64,000 nt of DNA from Candidatus Latescibacterota bacterium (GCA_965200315.1 OZ241362.1:480001-544000), one strand, 5' to 3'. Shown: positions 1-11,846, counted from the stretch's first letter. The notes: generated by a model not told the origin, from the sequence alone. A program made the numbers and translations.

Positions 1-213
1 TTTGCGGCGATAGGGACGGCAGGGACACCACTGGTGGCGCGAATCGTCGTCCCAGTACTGGTAGGGTGCCGTTCCCCCACAGCGGCACTCAACGCACTGG
101 CAAAGCCTCAGCGTACCGTAGCGCCCTACCTCGACTATCGGATCGTAGTACAGGCCTCCACCACAGCACTTAGAACAGCGCGTCGCGGCTTGGTTGGACG
201 CTGGCAAACTCAC
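1..213 (-). CDS. Partial CDS (N-terminus only, runs off window): Cys-rich Zn-finger-like start, possibly a DnaC/IstB-like ATP-binding protein
   Basis: GTG at 213 overlaps the smpB stop (GTGA). The frame stays open to the window edge: [20 protein letters not shown]...[35 protein letters not shown]. Confidence 0.5.
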   Translation of the reverse strand, partial: MSLPASNQAATRCSKCCGGGLYYDPIVEVGRYGTLRLCQCVECRCGGTAPYQYWDDDSRHQWCPCRPYRRK

Positions 214-689
214 TGGTGGCGCTCCTTGAGGGCCCGGGCGACATCGCGGTCAGCTTGGCGTTGAGCCAAAGCCTGACGCTTGTCGAACTGCTTCTTACCG
301 CGGACCAGCGCCAATTCCACCTTAGCTCTGCCGCGCTTGAAGTAAATTTTCAGCGGCACCAAGGTAAGGCCCTGTTGTTGCGTCCTCCCAGTCAGCCGGC
401 GGATTTCGCTGCGGTGCAAGAGCAATTTGCGCACGCGCTCTGGATCGTGGTTGAAACTGCTGCCGCACTCGTATTGGGCAATGTGGACATTGTGTAGGAA
501 AATTTCGCCTCGTTCAATTGTGGCGAAACTGTCCTTGAGGTTAGCGCGCCCAGCGCGCAGTGCCTTGACCTCCGTGCCGCGCAAGACAATGCCACTCTCG
601 TAGCGGCCCATTATCTCGTAGTCGTGCCGGGCTTTGCGATTTTGCACGGCGATCAACTCGCGCTTGGCACCGCTTTCCATTTTGGCCAT
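210..689 (-). CDS. smpB: SsrA-binding protein SmpB
   Basis: [33 protein letters not shown] and GKKQFDKR motifs. Confidence 0.97.
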   Translation of the reverse strand: MAKMESGAKRELIAVQNRKARHDYEIMGRYESGIVLRGTEVKALRAGRANLKDSFATIERGEIFLHNVHIAQYECGSSFNHDPERVRKLLLHRSEIRRLTGRTQQQGLTLVPLKIYFKRGRAKVELALVRGKKQFDKRQALAQRQADRDVARALKERHQ

Positions 690-719
690 GACCCGCCTAT
701 TTCACGAAAGGAAACGAGC

Positions 720-748
720 TTGACGGCTGCAAGCCCTGCGCTTACTAT
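720..748 (+). promoter_or_regulatory. sigma70-type promoter for tRNA-Leu
   Basis: TTGACG-17 bp-TACTAT, 13 bp upstream of the tRNA. Confidence 0.7.
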
Positions 749-761
749 TTGCTGTTCACTT

Positions 762-848
762 GCCGAAGTGGCGAAATTGGTAGACGCGCATGGTTCAGGA
801 CCATGTGGGGGCAACCCCGTGGAGGTTCGAGTCCTCTCTTCGGCACCA
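762..848 (+). tRNA. tRNA-Leu(CAG)
   Basis: GCCGAAG...CTTCGGC-A-CCA acceptor stem, anticodon arm CATGG-TTCAGGA-CCATG, long variable arm, GGTTCGAGTCC T-arm. Confidence 0.96.
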
Positions 849-970
849 CTTTTCGCCTCTATCCCCTAGCCAATTTAATCTACGCGCCTCTTTCCAACCC
901 GCGCAAGGGACTGCCTACACGCACAGCAATCCCTGCCTTAAATTATCACAACTTGCGAAAGGATGTCCCT

Positions 971-1348
971 ATGGCCCGCTTTCTGCACACCCGCATCCGC
1001 GTCGGCGATCTCGAGCGCTCCATTGAGTGGTATTGCACTCACCTTGGCTTTGCAGTACGGAGCCGCTCCGATAAGTCGCCCGCTGGCAATCAGATCGTTC
1101 ATCTCGAACTGCCTGGCAATGAACACACTTTAGAGCTGACTTATTCTGCCGATTACCAGCTCGCCGTCCCCGAAGATCTCATGCACCTCGCAATCGCAGT
1201 TCCCGACTTAATCGGCTTTTGCGACACGTTGGAAAACAACGGGATCGAAATATGGCCTAGCGATTGGCGCGAGATTTTCCCTACCGGCCGCAAGATGGCC
1301 TTTATTGACGATCCCGACGGTTACGAGATCGAGCTACTCGAAGGTTGA
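971..1348 (+). CDS. VOC/glyoxalase I (lactoylglutathione lyase-like) protein
   Basis: FLHTRIRVGDLERSIEWY, LELTY, HLAIAVPD and FIDDPDGYEIEL motifs; ATG at 971 after AAGGA. Confidence 0.85.
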   Translation: MARFLHTRIRVGDLERSIEWYCTHLGFAVRSRSDKSPAGNQIVHLELPGNEHTLELTYSADYQLAVPEDLMHLAIAVPDLIGFCDTLENNGIEIWPSDWREIFPTGRKMAFIDDPDGYEIELLEG

Positions 1349-2793
1349 TTCAACTGGCTCTTGCCGAGCAAGTACTGCGGCAAGTAGGCGACGATGAAAT
1401 CTCGCGCCGTCCGGCCTCCGACTAAATCGTGGTTGTGCCGCATCCGCCAAATCTCAAAGGCGGCCAATAATTCTTCTTCTGGCAGGTCGATCCCCGCCCG
1501 ACGCGCATAGGACAGTACCATAGAGTGATATTGCTGCCTGCTAGGCAGGTCGAGAAATACCTTGAGGGCAAAACGGTCGTCAAGTGCCCGCTCCTGATCG
1601 AGGCGTTGCAATTGTTGGGGATCGTAGAATTCGGCTTGAATGCCTTGGTTGACTAGGTTGGGGCGCTCGTCGTCTAGCTGCATCTGGCCGAGCCCTTGCG
1701 GACGCTCGCCCTCCCGATCGACTAGGTCCTTATAGTTGGATGTTGCATAGAAGACCAAGTTGTCCGGGCACACTTCTAACCCCCCGTCGAGCACGCGCGA
1801 CAGTAGGTGCAAACCGTTATCGCCCCGGCTCAAGGACACATTGTCCAGTACGCCCACAAAGTGCTGGCGACGCCCCCGGACGAGGGCAAAAAGATCGGGT
1901 AACAGATGGTAACAAGTCGGGTCAATCTCGATGGCGCGCAGACCGCGATCAAAGAATTGCCCTATCAAGGCCCGTATCAGCGTCGATTTGCCGCCGCCGC
2001 GCGGTCCCCAGATTAGCGCGTTGTGCGCCCGATAACCGGCGAGAAAATGGCGCGTGTTTTCCTCTAGTACGTGGATCCTCGCTCCGTTGCCCTCCAGCCA
2101 GCCGAGGGGAAATTCCGCGAAATGGCGGATAGGTTCCAAGATGGGCTTAGCCCCCCTGTTGACTAGGCGAAAGGCCGGGAATCGACGCAGCGCACCCCGC
2201 CCGTGCTCGTGGATCAGGCATCCGAGCGCTCCTGCTAACCCAGCCCAATCCTCGCTGCGGGCAAAACGCTCTTTCAGTTGGGCGACGACTGCGGGTTCCA
2301 CCCCATCTCCGGGCATGGGAGCCAAAGGCTCCGCATCGCTGCCGACCAGCCGCAGCCATATTCCCCAGCGGGGACGAGCCAAGACCGCGGCACTTTGCAA
2401 ATCGCGGCACACAACCTGATGCAGCGCGACGGGAACATCTACTGGAGATTGCTTTTCGCAAGCGAGCAAAAACGGATGTCGGCCATCGATAAGCCGGTTG
2501 AGCAACAGTCCTTGTAAATCCGGCGCACCACCACCCCAATCGCCGTTAAGTGCCGCCGCGAGAAGTGCATCTGAACAACGCTGGTGTTGTACGAGCAATT
2601 CGTCCGCTGCGCACTGTGCCTGTTTACCGGCCACTAGTCTGTCGGCGCACGTATGTGCACAGCGCAGCAAGGAACGCAACGGTTCCACCTCGGCAGGTTT
2701 GAGCAGCCGACTAAAGGAGGAGAACCGATCCAAAGCCGTGAGCATGGCCTCGACTTGGCCGGCGATTTGCAGCGTCTCTTCGCGCTTTGTCAT
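1321..2793 (-). CDS. DUF815-family AAA+ ATPase with N-terminal extension
   Basis: NT..FLAGY.AHNALIWGPRGGGKS Walker A, LDGGLE...N...YATSN, L.DRF, GRTARDF. Confidence 0.8.
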   Translation of the reverse strand: MTKREETLQIAGQVEAMLTALDRFSSFSRLLKPAEVEPLRSLLRCAHTCADRLVAGKQAQCAADELLVQHQRCSDALLAAALNGDWGGGAPDLQGLLLNRLIDGRHPFLLACEKQSPVDVPVALHQVVCRDLQSAAVLARPRWGIWLRLVGSDAEPLAPMPGDGVEPAVVAQLKERFARSEDWAGLAGALGCLIHEHGRGALRRFPAFRLVNRGAKPILEPIRHFAEFPLGWLEGNGARIHVLEENTRHFLAGYRAHNALIWGPRGGGKSTLIRALIGQFFDRGLRAIEIDPTCYHLLPDLFALVRGRRQHFVGVLDNVSLSRGDNGLHLLSRVLDGGLEVCPDNLVFYATSNYKDLVDREGERPQGLGQMQLDDERPNLVNQGIQAEFYDPQQLQRLDQERALDDRFALKVFLDLPSRQQYHSMVLSYARRAGIDLPEEELLAAFEIWRMRHNHDLVGGRTARDFIVAYLPQYLLGKSQLNQPSSSSIS

Positions 2794-2958
2794 CTAAATG
2801 CAAAATTCGCTGATAGATGGGTTTCTAACATTCTCATCGCCCTAATCGCCGGATTAACTGCGTAGATTCCCCTCGGGCCTTCGCATTTGTACGCGCTCTT
2901 AAGCCTATACTACACGCCCGCAACTGTCTGGAAGACGGCCGTTTTCGAGGAAAGGAAC

Positions 2959-3032
2959 TACCCCCGGGCGGATTCGAACCGCCGACCCACAGATTAGGAA
3001 TCTGTTGCTCTATCCTGCTGAGCTACGGGGGC
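2959..3032 (-). tRNA. tRNA-Arg(CCT), CCA not encoded
   Basis: Reverse complement GCCCCCGTAGCTCAGCAGGATAGAGCAACAGATTCCTAATCTGTGGGTCGGCGGTTCGAATCCGCCCGGGGGTA. Confidence 0.95.
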
Positions 3033-3221
3033 TATAGGAGGGACGTTATTCATATTATACTGCGCGAGACCCAAAGTCAAATGCCCGAGTTTTTTATCGC
3101 ATCTGTTGACACCAAATTAAACTGGCCTAATTTACAAGATTGTTTTGGCCAGAAAAATTAAGGCCAGCTTTATACAATACACTACACTTTATACAAACAA
3201 CCTCAGCTAAACGCAGAAAAT

Positions 3222-3878
3222 ATGCCTCAAGTATTCCCGCGCAGTGCCAACTGGGCTTCCAAGGCCAGCATTCTCGTCGGCCTCGTCCTAGTCGGAAGTA
3301 TCCTCGGCATCCTCCTCAACATCAATCGCATTTACTTCGTCAATCAAGTCAACGTGCCCATCGATCAGCCCGTTCCCTTCAGCCACAAACATCACGTCAC
3401 CGGCATGGGCATCGACTGCCGCTATTGCCACACCACCGTCGAGGAGAGTGCCTTCGCTGGCATTCCCCCGACCGAAACCTGCATGACCTGCCACTCGCAG
3501 ATCTGGACCGAAGCACCCATCCTCGAACCCGTGCGTGCCAGTTTTCGCGACAATGTGCCCATCGAATGGAATCGCGTCCACGACCTGCCCGACTTTGCCT
3601 ATTTCAATCACAGCATCCACGTCAACCAAGGCATCGGCTGCCAGTCGTGCCACGGCCAAGTCGATCAAATGCCCCTGATGTGGAAAGCCGAATCGCTGAA
3701 TATGGAGTGGTGCCTCGACTGCCACCGCGATCCCGCCCAGTACATCCGCCCGCGCGACCAAGTATTTAATATGAATTATCAGTACCCAGCCGACCAAGAA
3801 AGCTTGGGCACGCAACTCGTCGCCGAATACGGCGTGCAGACCAGCCAACTCACCAACTGCTCTATCTGCCACCGCTAA
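3222..3878 (+). CDS. actA: Alternative complex III pentaheme cytochrome c subunit ActA
   Basis: N-terminal TM, QPVPFSHKHH, five CxxCH motifs (CRYCH, CMTCH, CQSCH, CLDCH, CSICH). Confidence 0.93.
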   Translation: MPQVFPRSANWASKASILVGLVLVGSILGILLNINRIYFVNQVNVPIDQPVPFSHKHHVTGMGIDCRYCHTTVEESAFAGIPPTETCMTCHSQIWTEAPILEPVRASFRDNVPIEWNRVHDLPDFAYFNHSIHVNQGIGCQSCHGQVDQMPLMWKAESLNMEWCLDCHRDPAQYIRPRDQVFNMNYQYPADQESLGTQLVAEYGVQTSQLTNCSICHR

Positions 3879-3880
3879 AC

Positions 3881-6871
3881 ATGGAAACCAGAAAAAACAT
3901 CGATCTCTCGGCCATCCGCTCCCGTCTCGAAGCCACCCAAGGTCAAGAGTACTGGCGCAGCTTGGACCAATTGGCTCAGACCGAAGAATTCGCCGCCATG
4001 GTCCAGCGCGAGTTTCCCGAACAAGCTGCCGAGTTGAAGGATCCGGTAAGTCGGCGGAATTTTCTCAAGCTCATGAGTGCATCGCTGGCACTAGGCGGGC
4101 TTTCGGGCTGCACGATTCAGCCCAGCGAAAAAATTGTCCCCCAAGTCCGGGCTCCCGAAAACGTCATCCCCGGTAAACCTCAGTACTTTGCCTCCGCCGC
4201 CTCGCTCGGTGGTATTGGCATGGGCATCCTAGTCGAGAGCCACATGGGACGGCCAACCAAAATCGAGGGCAATCCCGAGCATCCCTCCGGCAGCCGCGGC
4301 TCGAATGCGCTCGTCCAAGCTTCGATTCTCGACCTCTACGATCCCGACCGGTCACAAACGGTCAAAAACGCCGGTCACATCAGCACTTGGAGCATCTTCC
4401 TAGCCGATCTGACACAGCGTCTGACCTCGCACGAGGCCAACGGCGGGGCTGGCCTGCACATCCTGACTCAGACGGTGACTTCTCCAACCCTCGGGCACCA
4501 GTTGCAGGCCCTGCGGGATAAATTTCCTCAAGCCCAGTGGCACCAGTACGAACCCGTCAATCGCGACAACGTCCGTGCCGGGGCCCAAATGGCGTTTGGC
4601 GAGCCGGTTTATACGTCTTACGACATAGCCAAAGCCAAGGTCATTCTATCGCTGGACGCGGACTTTACCTACAGCGGCGCTGGCAATGTCCGCCACGCTC
4701 GGGATTTCGCGGCCGGTCGCAGGATACGCAACGGTTCCAAGGCCAGCAATCGGCTCTATGCAGTCGAAAGCAGCCCAACGGCCACGGGCAGCATAGCCGA
4801 TCATCGTTTGGCCCTAGGCACGGCGCACATTGAAGCCTTAGCCCTAAAGGTTGCCCAAGGGCTTGGCATCGGCTGGGAGGGGCCGAGCGTTTCCGCCGAC
4901 TTCTCCGCCCACGACGCCTGGATTGCAGTCCTAGTCGACGACCTAAAGTCCAATCCCGGCCAAAGCCTCGTGCTCGCTGGAGACCAGCAAGCCCCAGCCG
5001 TACACGCTTTGGCCCACGCGATCAACCACGCCCTAGGCAATGCGGGCACAACCGTCCACTACACCGAACCCCTCGAAGTCGAGTCGGTTGACCAACGCGA
5101 GTCGCTAGCCGCTTTAGTCGCCGACATGAACGCCGGTCAAGTCGAGTCCCTGTTCATCCTCGGCGGCAATCCGGTGTACGACGCGCCCGTGGATCTCGAC
5201 TTTGCCGCGGCGCTCGCCAAGGTCGGTTACCGAGTCCATCTCGGCTTATACGACAACGAAACGTCCGAACTCTGCCATTGGCACATCCCGGAATCTCACT
5301 TCCTTGAAGCGTGGAGCGACACCCGCGCTCACGACGGCCTCGCCGCGATCGTCCAGCCGCTAATTCGCCCGCTCTACAAGAGCCAATCAGCCCACGACCT
5401 CTTGGCGGTGCTCACCGGCCAACCCGGGGTCCCCGATCTCGACATCGTGCGCCAGTACTGGGAAAGCCAAGGCCTAGATGCGATTGCTTGGCGCCGCGCC
5501 CTGCACGATGGCTTCGTCGAGGGCACGCGCCCCAAAGCCCAATCCGTGGAGCTAGGCACTTTGCAGTTGCCGGCAACGACTGGGAACCTTCCCGAGGAAG
5601 AGGATCTCGAAATCCACTTTCGGCCCGATCCCATGGTGTGGGATGGTCGCTTTGCCAACAACGCTTGGCTACAGGAAACCCCGAAACCTATCACGAAGCT
5701 CACGTGGGACAACGCCGCCCTCGTCAGTCCAGCCACGGCCGAGCGCCTGCGACTCAAGAACGAATTCCTCGCCGAGCTGCGCTTTGACGGGCGCACAATC
5801 AATGCCGCGGTTTGGACCGTACCCGGCCAAGCCGACGGCGTCGTCACCCTGCACTTAGGTTACGGCCAGCAGCGCAGTGGCCGCGTCGGGCGCGACAAGG
5901 GCTTCAATGCCTATGCCCTGCGGCCGACGGAGGCCTTGTGGAGCGGCACCGGCTTGCAGGTCAACGGTTCGTACGACAATTATCGTCTCGCCTGCACCCA
6001 AGATCACCACTTCATGGAAGACCGCAATCTCTTACGCCAAGCCTCCCTAGACTACTACCAAACGCATCCGCACTTTGCCCATGAAGGTGCCCACGATCCG
6101 CCCGATGACTTGACGCTGCACAACCGCACGGATCACCAGTACACGGGCTACGCTTGGGGCATGGTGATCGATCTAGGGGCCTGCATCGGCTGCAATGCGT
6201 GTGCAACGGCCTGCCAAGCCGAAAACAACATCCCTATCGTCGGCAAAGACGAAGTCCTCAACGGCCGCGAAATGTCTTGGATCCGCGTCGATCGCTACTA
6301 CAAATCCACCCGCGGCACACTCGACAACCCCCAGATCGTGCACCAACCCGTACCTTGCATGCAGTGCGAAAACGCTCCTTGCGAGTTGGTCTGTCCAGTC
6401 GCAGCGACGACGCACAGCGACGAAGGGCTAAACGATATGACCTACAATCGCTGCGTCGGCACCCGCTACTGCGCCAACAACTGCCCCTACAAGGTCCGGC
6501 GCTTCAACTTCCTCCAATACGCCGACCGCGATACCGAGAGCTTAAAATTGCAGCGCAACCCGGATGTCACCACGCGCTCGCGCGGCGTAATGGAAAAATG
6601 CACGTACTGCGTCCAGCGCATCAACCACGCGCGCATTGAGGCCAAAAAAGCTAGTCGCAGCATAGGCGATGGTGAAATCGTCACCGCCTGCGAGCAGGCC
6701 TGTCCCACCGAAGCCATTGTCTTCGGCGATATCAACGACCCCGATAGTCAGGTCTCCGCCCTCAAGGCATCACCGCTCAACTACGGCATCCTCACCGAGT
6801 TGAACACGCGCCCCCGCACTACGTATTTGGCAAGCATCAAAAACCCCAATCCAAAAATTGCCGAGGCTTAG
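3881..6871 (+). CDS. actB: Alternative complex III subunit ActB (molybdopterin-oxidoreductase-like fold + Fe-S domain)
   Basis: YWRSL, twin-Arg [21 protein letters not shown]-terminal ferredoxin Cys motifs CIGCNAC, CMQC..APC..VCP, CVGTRYC..NCPY, EKCTYC. Confidence 0.95.
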   Translation: METRKNIDLSAIRSRLEATQGQEYWRSLDQLAQTEEFAAMVQREFPEQAAELKDPVSRRNFLKLMSASLALGGLSGCTIQPSEKIVPQVRAPENVIPGKPQYFASAASLGGIGMGILVESHMGRPTKIEGNPEHPSGSRGSNALVQASILDLYDPDRSQTVKNAGHISTWSIFLADLTQRLTSHEANGGAGLHILTQTVTSPTLGHQLQALRDKFPQAQWHQYEPVNRDNVRAGAQMAFGEPVYTSYDIAKAKVILSLDADFTYSGAGNVRHARDFAAGRRIRNGSKASNRLYAVESSPTATGSIADHRLALGTAHIEALALKVAQGLGIGWEGPSVSADFSAHDAWIAVLVDDLKSNPGQSLVLAGDQQAPAVHALAHAINHALGNAGTTVHYTEPLEVESVDQRESLAALVADMNAGQVESLFILGGNPVYDAPVDLDFAAALAKVGYRVHLGLYDNETSELCHWHIPESHFLEAWSDTRAHDGLAAIVQPLIRPLYKSQSAHDLLAVLTGQPGVPDLDIVRQYWESQGLDAIAWRRALHDGFVEGTRPKAQSVELGTLQLPATTGNLPEEEDLEIHFRPDPMVWDGRFANNAWLQETPKPITKLTWDNAALVSPATAERLRLKNEFLAELRFDGRTINAAVWTVPGQADGVVTLHLGYGQQRSGRVGRDKGFNAYALRPTEALWSGTGLQVNGSYDNYRLACTQDHHFMEDRNLLRQASLDYYQTHPHFAHEGAHDPPDDLTLHNRTDHQYTGYAWGMVIDLGACIGCNACATACQAENNIPIVGKDEVLNGREMSWIRVDRYYKSTRGTLDNPQIVHQPVPCMQCENAPCELVCPVAATTHSDEGLNDMTYNRCVGTRYCANNCPYKVRRFNFLQYADRDTESLKLQRNPDVTTRSRGVMEKCTYCVQRINHARIEAKKASRSIGDGEIVTACEQACPTEAIVFGDINDPDSQVSALKASPLNYGILTELNTRPRTTYLASIKNPNPKIAEA

Positions 6872-6872
6872 C

Positions 6873-8246
6873 ATGTCCGAAACTGCGAAAACGCCTTATC
6901 GCCCCCCAGTATCGGAACTCGGCCCGAGCCAGACCTCGTACACCTCAATCACCGATAAGATCAGTGGGATCGTCCTCACCAAAAACACCCCGCTGGCGTG
7001 GTTCCTCTGCTTTGCTTTGGGCTTTCTCTTGCTGCACGGGCTCATGATAGGCGTTCCTTACCTGCTCTTTGAAGGCGTGGGCATCTGGGGCATCAACAAC
7101 CCCATAGGCTGGGGTTGGGCCATTATCAATTTTGTCTGGTGGATCGGTATCGGCCACGCCGGCACCCTGATCTCGGCGATTCTACTGCTTTTCCGGCAGC
7201 GGTGGCGCACCTCGATCAACCGCGCGGCCGAGGCCATGACCATCTTTGCCGTACTCTGCGCCGCGCAGTTTCCGCTCTTCCACACCGGGCGGCCTTGGCT
7301 GGCCTGCTACTGGCTGTTGCCCTATCCCAACTCCATGGACATCTGGCCGCAGTTCCGCAGCCCGCTGATCTGGGACGTCTTCGCGGTCTCGACATATTTA
7401 ACAGTGTCGCTGGTTTTTTGGTTCGTCGGCTTGGTCCCAGACTTAGCCAGCCTGCGCGACCGCGCCAAAAACCGCATCGCCCAAGTCATCTACGGCGTGC
7501 TGGCACTCGGTTGGCGCGGCTCGGCCATTCACTGGGAGCGCTACGAAATGGCGTCCCTCCTGCTGGCTGGCCTCTCCACGCCCCTAGTGCTTTCTGTACA
7601 CAGCGTCGTCAGTTTCGACTTTGCCGTAGGGCTTATACCCGGATGGCACACGACCATATTCCCCCCCTATTTCGTCGCCGGAGCGATCTACGCGGGCTTT
7701 GCCATGGTGCTGACCTTGATGATCCCCATGCGCCTCATCTATGGCTTGGACGACTTTATAACCGAGCGCCATCTAAACAACATGGCCAAAGTCATGTTGG
7801 CTTCCGGGTTGATTGTGGGATATGGCTATTTCATGGAGCAACTCATCGCTTGGTACAGCGCCAGCGTCTTTGAAGGCTATATGATGCATAACCGCATGCA
7901 CGGCCCGTACGGCCCCTACTACTGGGCCTTGATCCTCTGCAACATAGCCGTGCCGCAGCTTCTGTGGTTTAGACACTTCCGCACGAGCATGTTCTGGCTA
8001 TTTTTTATTTCCCAGTTCATCAACGTCGGCATGTGGCTGGAGCGCTTTGTCATCGTCGTCACGAGCCTACACCGAGATTTTATGCCCTCTTCTTGGGACA
8101 TGTTCCACCCGACGATCTGGGACATCGCCATCTACGTGGGGACCATCGGCCTGTTCATCGTCCTATTTTTCTTGTTCATCCGCGGCCTACCGATGATTTC
8201 CATCCACGAGATCCGCAATCTGCTGGTCTCCGGAGACCACAAGTGA
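6873..8246 (+). CDS. actC: Alternative complex III quinol-oxidising membrane subunit ActC (NrfD/PsrC family)
   Basis: [55 protein letters not shown]. Confidence 0.95.
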   Translation: MSETAKTPYRPPVSELGPSQTSYTSITDKISGIVLTKNTPLAWFLCFALGFLLLHGLMIGVPYLLFEGVGIWGINNPIGWGWAIINFVWWIGIGHAGTLISAILLLFRQRWRTSINRAAEAMTIFAVLCAAQFPLFHTGRPWLACYWLLPYPNSMDIWPQFRSPLIWDVFAVSTYLTVSLVFWFVGLVPDLASLRDRAKNRIAQVIYGVLALGWRGSAIHWERYEMASLLLAGLSTPLVLSVHSVVSFDFAVGLIPGWHTTIFPPYFVAGAIYAGFAMVLTLMIPMRLIYGLDDFITERHLNNMAKVMLASGLIVGYGYFMEQLIAWYSASVFEGYMMHNRMHGPYGPYYWALILCNIAVPQLLWFRHFRTSMFWLFFISQFINVGMWLERFVIVVTSLHRDFMPSSWDMFHPTIWDIAIYVGTIGLFIVLFFLFIRGLPMISIHEIRNLLVSGDHK

Positions 8247-8258
8247 GCCATTGAACTT

Positions 8259-8804
8259 ATGCAGCAGCACGAAGAATCAACGCAATACGGCCTGCTGGCC
8301 GAATTTGAATCCCCTGACGACTTACTCGTCGCGGCCAAAGCGACCTTTGCCGCTGGCTATCGCAAGATCGACGCCTATTCACCTATGCCCATCCACGGCT
8401 TGGGCGAGGCCATCGGCTTTCCGCGCACTAGATTGCCTTGGCTGGTTTTCGCCTTTGGCCTACTCGGTGCCATCACGGGCTATTCCCTGTGCTACTGGGT
8501 TTCGGTCATCGACTATCCGCTCAATATAGCCGGCAAGCCCTTGCACAGCGGGCCGATGTTCATCCCGGTGACCTTTGAGTTGACCATCCTCTTTGCCGCG
8601 CTCAGTTCGGCCTTTGGCATGTTCATCGCCAACGGTTTGCCCCAGCCTTATCACCCGGTTTTCAACGCGCCCAATTTCGCCCGCGCCAGCCAAGATCGCT
8701 TCTTTCTCAGCATCGAGGCCGAAGATCCTCAGTTCGACCGCGAAAAAACCGAGGATTTCCTGCGCGGCCTGAATCCTCATGAGGTTGTCGAAGTTGAAAA
8801 GTGA
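8259..8804 (+). CDS. actD: Alternative complex III subunit ActD (DUF3341)
   Basis: GLLAEF, DAYSPMPIHGL, YPLNIAGKP, FIPVTFELTILFAA. Confidence 0.92.
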   Translation: MQQHEESTQYGLLAEFESPDDLLVAAKATFAAGYRKIDAYSPMPIHGLGEAIGFPRTRLPWLVFAFGLLGAITGYSLCYWVSVIDYPLNIAGKPLHSGPMFIPVTFELTILFAALSSAFGMFIANGLPQPYHPVFNAPNFARASQDRFFLSIEAEDPQFDREKTEDFLRGLNPHEVVEVEK

Positions 8805-8805
8805 A

Positions 8806-9390
8806 ATGACCATCGCCAGCCGACGGCTCGCTGCCTTGTTGGGAGTGGTCCTATTGCTGATTGGTGCCGCCGGCTGCGAGCTGCGGCAGGCCATGTACGA
8901 CCAAGAAAAATACGAGCCACTAGAGGCCTCGGCTTTCTTCGCCGACGGCATGTCCTTTCGTCCACAGGTTGACGGCACCGTAGCGCGGGGCCAATTGATG
9001 CTCGACGAGCACTTCTACCAAGGCAAAATGCAGGGCCAACTCGCGGAGACCTTGCCGGTGGCCGTTGACCGCCAGTTGCTAGAGCGCGGCCAAGAGCGCT
9101 ACGACATTTTCTGCGCCCCCTGCCACGGCAGGACCGGCGCAGGCAATGGCATGATCGTCCAGCGCGGGCTCAAACAGCCACCGACCTATCATCAACAGCG
9201 GCTGCGCGAGGTGCCCGTTGGCCACCTTTACGATGTCATTACCAATGGCTTTGGCGTCATGTATAGCTACGCTCCTCGCATCTCCGTGGCCGACCGCTGG
9301 GCCATCGTCGCCTATATCAAAGTGTTACAGCTAAGTCAGAATCTCGAGTTCGACCAATTGCCGGCCGAGGACCAAAGGCAACTTCAATGA
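8806..9390 (+). CDS. actE: Alternative complex III monoheme cytochrome c lipoprotein ActE
   Basis: Lipobox-like AAGC, MYDQEK, GTVARG, CAPCH, MYSYA...DRWAIVAY. Confidence 0.92.
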   Translation: MTIASRRLAALLGVVLLLIGAAGCELRQAMYDQEKYEPLEASAFFADGMSFRPQVDGTVARGQLMLDEHFYQGKMQGQLAETLPVAVDRQLLERGQERYDIFCAPCHGRTGAGNGMIVQRGLKQPPTYHQQRLREVPVGHLYDVITNGFGVMYSYAPRISVADRWAIVAYIKVLQLSQNLEFDQLPAEDQRQLQ

Positions 9391-10622
9391 ACGAGTCGAT
9401 TACCCAACAGTCCGCCGCCCTACATCCCTATTTAGACAACCTCCAGCGCAGGGCACTGGCCGTGGGCTTGGCCGGCTTGGCCGCCACGGCGGTCGGCTAT
9501 TTCACCGACCAAGAGCAGTTCTTCCGCTCTTATTTGCTGGCCTTTACCTTCTGGATCGGCCTGCCTTTGGGCAGCTTGGGCATCCTCATGATCCACCACG
9601 TCGGCGGTGGCACTTGGGGGCTTTCGATCCGGCGTCTGCTCGAAGCCGCCACCCGCACCTTGCCGTTGCTGTTTGTGCTGTCTTTGCCAATCCTCTTCTT
9701 CGGCTTGCACGACCTCTACGAGTGGACACACCAGAACGTAGTCCAAGAAGACAACATCCTCCAGCAAAAGGCCCCCTTTCTCAACGAGCCGTTCTTTATA
9801 GTGCGCACTGTGCTCTACTTCGCCATCTGGGGACTATTCGCCTTCTTGCTCAACCGCTGGTCGCTGCAGCAGGATCAGACGACAGAGACGCATCCGACCC
9901 ATCGCATGCAGATCCTGAGCGGTCCGGGCATCGTCATTTTCTTTCTCACTGCGACGCTAGCTTCTATTGATTGGCTAATGTCCCTTGAGCCGCACTGGTT
10001 CTCGACGATCTTCGGCATCATCTACATCATAGGCATGGGACTGATGGCTTGGGGATTTGCGTTTCTCGTCGCTGTCCCCCTCTCGCGGCGAGAGCCGCTA
10101 CAGGGCGTGATTACCGAGCAGCACCTGCGCGACTTGGGCACTTTTATGCTAGCCTGCGTCATGCTCTGGGCATATACCTCATTTTCCCAGTTGCTCATCA
10201 TCTGGTCGGCTAATTTGCCCGAGGAAATCACCTGGTACATAACCCGTTTGGAGGGCGGTTGGCAGTACGTCGGCTACGGGCTGTTGGTGTTTCACTTTGC
10301 CGTCCCCTTTCTCTTTCTCATATCCAGCACTATGAAGTCCAAAACCAAGCTAATCGCCACCATTGCCGCCGGCTTGGTGTTCATGCGCTTGGTCGATTTG
10401 TACTGGATCACGGCACCGGCCTTCACCAAAGTCCACGCCGAAAAGGGTCCGAGCTTCCACAGCACTGGGCTCACCCCGCATTGGCTCGACCTAGCCATTC
10501 CAATCGGCATCGGCGGCATCGTCATCGCGCTTTTCTTCGCGCAGCTAAAAAAACGCACGCTGATCGCACAAAACGACCCCCGCTTTGCAGACCTTTACAG
10601 CGGCGAAAGCAATCATGGCTGA
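9387..10622 (+). CDS. actF: Alternative complex III membrane subunit ActF
   Basis: Multi-TM; DWLMSLEPHWFSTIFG, WAYTSFSQLLIIWSANLPEE. Confidence 0.92.
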   Translation: MNESITQQSAALHPYLDNLQRRALAVGLAGLAATAVGYFTDQEQFFRSYLLAFTFWIGLPLGSLGILMIHHVGGGTWGLSIRRLLEAATRTLPLLFVLSLPILFFGLHDLYEWTHQNVVQEDNILQQKAPFLNEPFFIVRTVLYFAIWGLFAFLLNRWSLQQDQTTETHPTHRMQILSGPGIVIFFLTATLASIDWLMSLEPHWFSTIFGIIYIIGMGLMAWGFAFLVAVPLSRREPLQGVITEQHLRDLGTFMLACVMLWAYTSFSQLLIIWSANLPEEITWYITRLEGGWQYVGYGLLVFHFAVPFLFLISSTMKSKTKLIATIAAGLVFMRLVDLYWITAPAFTKVHAEKGPSFHSTGLTPHWLDLAIPIGIGGIVIALFFAQLKKRTLIAQNDPRFADLYSGESNHG

Positions 10623-11010
10623 ACAAGCACACGACCAAAGCAACGCCGGCTACGAGACAACCGATGCGCGGGTAACACCGCTGGCACAGACTGGCCTTTT
10701 TATTACTGCGCTAGTCATCGTTTCCTTTATCGGCATGATCGTCTTATTCAGGGCTTTCGCCTATTACCAAGAGAGCTTCGACGATCCGGTTCCGCCGCTG
10801 GTCGAGGCCCGCGTTGCCAGCGACGCGCCGAGGCTACAGGTAGACCCGCCAAAGCAAAAGTTCGAGTTGGCCCAAAGCGAGGCCGCCACCCTCAACTCCT
10901 ATGGCTGGATCGACGAACAAGTGAAGGTAGTACACATTCCCATCAAGCGAGCAATTGATCTGGTAAGCGAGGGCAAAATGCCGCTCATTGCTCCACCAGC
11001 GACACCATGA
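10615..11010 (+). CDS. ActG-like single-TM accessory subunit
   Basis: GYETTD, one TM, PRLQ.DP, LNSYGWID...VHIPI.RAI; lies between actF and sco. Confidence 0.7.
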   Translation: MAEQAHDQSNAGYETTDARVTPLAQTGLFITALVIVSFIGMIVLFRAFAYYQESFDDPVPPLVEARVASDAPRLQVDPPKQKFELAQSEAATLNSYGWIDEQVKVVHIPIKRAIDLVSEGKMPLIAPPATP

Positions 11011-11846
11011 ACGGATCTACAACGACATTCGCTCGCAGCGCGATCTTTTCGGTATTGACTCTGCCGCTTTTGCTAGCCGGCCATACTGGGGCGCAGAGCT
11101 ATACCCAGCAGTTGCAAAAGAGCATCGGCATCGACCAGAAATTGGGCGACCAGATCCCCTTGGATCTCGAATTCACCGACTCCAGCGGCGAGCGCGTCTC
11201 CCTGAGCCAATACTTCGGCAAAAAGCCCATCGTACTCACCTTAGTGTACTACGAGTGCCCCATGCTCTGCACCCAAGTGCTGAATAGCCTCTTGCGGGCG
11301 ATGAACGTCCTGAGTTTTGGCATTGGCACGGATTTCGATGTTTTGACCATCAGCGTCGATCCGGGTGAAACGCCGGAATTGGCCGCGGCCAAAAAAGCCG
11401 AGTACAGCAAAAACTATCGCGGCCGCGATAGCTCTACGGGTTGGCATTTTCTCACCGGAGAGGAAGACCAGATCAAGCAGTTAGCAGCAGCGGTCGGCTT
11501 TCGCTACGAATACGACGAAGACACTGACCAGTACATCCACGCCAGCGGCTTGATGGTGCTGACGCCGGAAGGCAAACTAGCGCGCTATTTATACGGTATC
11601 GATTACCCTCCGCGCGACTTGCGCTGGGGCCTCGTCGAAGCAGCCGACGGTGCCATCGGCAATCCAGTTGATCAGCTCCTCTTGCTTTGCTATAGCTACG
11701 ACCCAATGACCGGCAAATATGGTCTCTACATCCGCAATTCCCTGCGCATCGGTGGGCTAATTACCGTGTTGGCTCTCGCGACTTTTATCATCGCTATGAT
11801 CAAGCGGGAGCGCCGCAACAACCTGCACCAGCCTCAGTTCAACTAG
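11007..11846 (+). CDS. SCO1/SenC family copper chaperone
   Basis: YYECPMLC motif, WHFLTG, YIHAS, C-terminal TM. Confidence 0.9.
   Translation: MNGSTTTFARSAIFSVLTLPLLLAGHTGAQSYTQQLQKSIGIDQKLGDQIPLDLEFTDSSGERVSLSQYFGKKPIVLTLVYYECPMLCTQVLNSLLRAMNVLSFGIGTDFDVLTISVDPGETPELAAAKKAEYSKNYRGRDSSTGWHFLTGEEDQIKQLAAAVGFRYEYDEDTDQYIHASGLMVLTPEGKLARYLYGIDYPPRDLRWGLVEAADGAIGNPVDQLLLLCYSYDPMTGKYGLYIRNSLRIGGLITVLALATFIIAMIKRERRNNLHQPQFN

Noticed and set aside
1-209. tmRNA (ssrA) next to smpB
   Set aside because: No tRNA-like GGGG...CCA ends were seen; the region reads as an open Cys-rich CDS on the minus strand.
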